From Somniosus microcephalus (Eukaryota): 64,000 bases of DNA. Below are positions 61,181 through 64,000 of the stretch, piece by piece (the first letter of the stretch is position 1; each line of letters starts with the position of its first letter). The translations under genes were made by a program, and so were the position numbers. The notes below the pieces were generated by a model that saw nothing but the letters and a program-made list of their open reading frames with translations, was not told the DNA's origin and did no database searches. The stretch is taken from the NCBI GenBank assembly GCA_052327205.1, contig CM126227.1, positions 28,272,001 to 28,336,000 on the forward strand, in the 5' to 3' direction.

Positions 61181-63414
61181 ATCAGAATCTCTTGCCATTA
61201 CTCCCTTCAGTTCCCTATGCTGCACTGTTTCTTCATTACCTTCCCCTCTCAAAATAATCTTTGGCTTTATCCAAAATTTAAGGTGTATCCAGACTACAAA
61301 TCCAAGGAAGTCATGCTGACATTCCGCAAAGCATTAGTTGGACCAAAGGCCCTTGGTTTTACTGGACCTCCCTTTCTATTCCGACTCAATTTTCTGTCTC
61401 CAGTTCATGCAATTTCATGTCAGTTTCAAAAATATGGGAATATTATTAAAACAAATCATAATTAATGACAGTTAATGACCAGCTAAGAAAATTAAATTCT
61501 CAGAAACTGTACACTTTAAAGGCATGCGATTCCTATGATTTTATCAATTAATCATTAATTACAAGAAAAAACAGAGAATTCATGTTTTTCTTTGAGAGAG
61601 GAATTTCACCCACTGTCAGACAGAGTGATATAGGGGTAGATTTTCAATGCCACCTGGGTGTAGAACTGCCATTGGGGATTGGCCACCCATTATAGATAGC
61701 ACTCAATTTTCATTTCTATTAAATCAAAATTACTGACTAACTTAAATTAATTCAGCATGTCATGGCATTTTGAGGTAATTTTGCTCTTGAATCCTATTAG
61801 GTTTCTCAACTACAGTATTAACTACATGGAATATCATTGTGTCATAATCAAATTACTGTACAGAAAGGACAGCAACTGACTGTTATGTGTTCTTTGAATA
61901 ACTTATTTCAGAACTCCTTTATTTTCGACATGAATTGTGGTGAGGACATTGCTTGGAGAATCAGTACTGTTTGCTCTACATGTTTAAAAGAAAGGCATCT
62001 AAGATCATAAAACTGAAGGGTAGCTCATGTTGAATAACGTTTGTCACTCGAGATGTTTCCTGTGGAAGCTGCCCTTTGTTTAGCAAATGCCACTTGCCTT
62101 CCACCTTGCCTCTTGTGTCAAGTTTAGACCTTTGCAGAAACGTATTTAATGTGCACCGACCTTTCTGTGTCGGGGCAGTCAGTGATTCACTCACTGCCAG
62201 CATGCTGGGAATGTTGCCTTGAGGACATCATGCTGAAACCTATGAGATGTCGTTTCTGGAAGACAGCAGAGGGAATATTTCATGTGTATGTTCCCAGGCT
62301 TTGATTGTTACCTTATACAAATTGAAAAGGCTACAGAGTACAGAAGATTATTAAAGGGGATGGGGGGTGGGGAGTATGGTCACTTTTAGTTCTGATTTTG
62401 TAAGGCATGAAAAGATAGTGTTTGGCAGAGGCTTAGGAACAGTTAAGCTGCTCAGTCGCCTCAGTTGGGGAATTAGCTGCCTAAAAAAATGGGGGGGGGT
62501 GTGAAGGGAATAATTAAAAATGGGAGAAATATCAACTGAAATATATAAAAGCAGCAGCAGAAAACAACGCAGACATTCATATCATCATGAGATTATTTAC
62601 ATTTATAGTTCTGTTTCATCAAGGTAATGGCAGAGAAGCCAGCAGAGATCACAGTAGGCACTGTCTGCTCCCATTCCCAATTGAAATGGATAAAAAGGGA
62701 GAGCCTTGTGCATTTAGGACGTTGGTGACAGGCACATGATAGTAGTGCCCAGAAACCACTTTTACAGCCTGTGATTTGTGGAGAATCCATTATGCTGCAT
62801 AATGACTGAAGACTAGTTGTACATATTGGAGGGGGGAAAAAAGTATTTTTCTGTTGCTTGTATTCCACTTTGTTCCAGAAATATAAAATCATAATTTATT
62901 TTATTTTTCTATTTGTTACTGAAGTTGCTGATTGAAGCACTGTAACTTAGAAGAAAACTAATAGTTAGTCACTTTTTGCTCTTGAATATTATTAGCTATG
63001 GTGGTGTACAGGACACTGTTAGCTTATGTGGGAATAATCACATAGCGAGATCAAAAGCTTGGGACTCAAAATTAATCCTTTTTATTGCTAGTGGAATATT
63101 TCTAAAGTCATGGCAACGCGTTATATTTCAAAGCAAAGCTCGGTCACTTTTGCAGTGTTGGAAGGTGAGGAGTCTTATTCAGGATGAATATTCAGGGAGA
63201 ATGTATAAGGCAATAATATTGTGATGAATAAGTGACCAGGAAGTGGAAGTGTGAATGGATCAGGCCTAACCCACACACTTGTTCTTCCAACAGCCTTCTC
63301 TTGCTGGGTCATGGGCTAACAAACCAGCTTTCTGCATTATTTAGCAACTAGACCAGTTTATATCACAAATGCAGCCTGTGTAGCACTTTTTTGTTCCTTC
63401 GGAAATGATTTTGG

Positions 63415-63680
63415 AAGGCAGCAAAGTCTGTTAGGTTCCTGTCCTTTGGCCTGTGGGGCCTGAATTTGAATCCAGTCAAGTGATAAGGTGACTATCTGAT
63501 GGTCAAAAGGGGTCTTAAGTAAAAGTATGTTAAGCAGTCTCAGCCCAATTCCCAGTGGCCACAAGTTTACAGCTAATTTTGTAATTTAATGTGGTACAAA
63601 CTTGTTAAAGGAATTTCAAACACCGATTGACTGAAAAAGCAATGCAGTGCTGGTACTGAGCAACCACCTCACCCTTTGGA
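63415..63680 (+). mobile_element. Ancient tRNA-derived SINE, LF-SINE-like (relative at ~1470-1650)
   Basis: tRNA-like head (TTGAATCCAG), then ACTATCTGATGG and GTCTCAGCCCAATTCCCAGTGG, resembling the recalled LF-SINE consensus. Confidence 0.45.
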
Positions 63681-64000
63681 CTGGCGAATTGGGAATTGCC
63701 GAGCCTCATTCTGTGGTTCCTTATTCAGTAAACCTGTACTTACAATTGTTCATCCCTTCACGCTAAATTCACCAAGGTGAAACATTTAGGGGGCAATTTT
63801 TACCTAACCCGCAGGGGCGGGAAACTGACGAGATCGAATTGGCCGCCCATTTTACGCAGATTGCAAAATGGCCACCAAACTGATCCTGTCATCTTCCCAC
63901 CAGCTGGGTTGGGTTGAAATGACCTCCTTAGTCTTTGTGAGGCTTCCACCTGAGTAAAAGCCATTAAATGCCGAAGCTCGTCGTGTGCAGCTGACAGACT

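Overview
This is eukaryotic (vertebrate) genomic DNA. The repeat landscape (CR1 and L2 LINEs, DeuSINE/SacSINE1-like SINEs, Penelope-type short elements, Harbinger-type MITEs) suggests a cartilaginous fish, probably a shark. The only real protein-coding gene is the 3' half of IGSF9B (protein turtle homolog B) on the + strand. Seven coding exons can be spliced in frame: <1-131, 1944-2028, 2151-2312, 19990-20035, 20841-22517, 47019-47140 and 55374-55600. They encode the end of FN3 domain 2, the transmembrane helix and the long Ser/Pro-rich cytoplasmic tail ending in the PDZ-binding motif ...ATLL*. Nearly all other listed ORFs are transposon debris or chance ORFs. Most notable observations: (1) a 46-nt candidate cassette exon at 32106-32151 whose in-frame TAG ends exactly at a GT donor, i.e. 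a poison or alternative last exon; (2) short TSD-flanked Penelope-type insertions carrying a minimal hammerhead ribozyme motif, two of them as near-perfect fold-backs; (3) a decayed two-gene Harbinger transposon (transposase plus Myb/SANT gene) holding nested insertions; (4) an inverted duplication of a deleted CR1 downstream of the stop codon; (5) a homogeneous 12 x 37-bp minisatellite. All homology calls come from recognising motifs by eye; no database searches were run.
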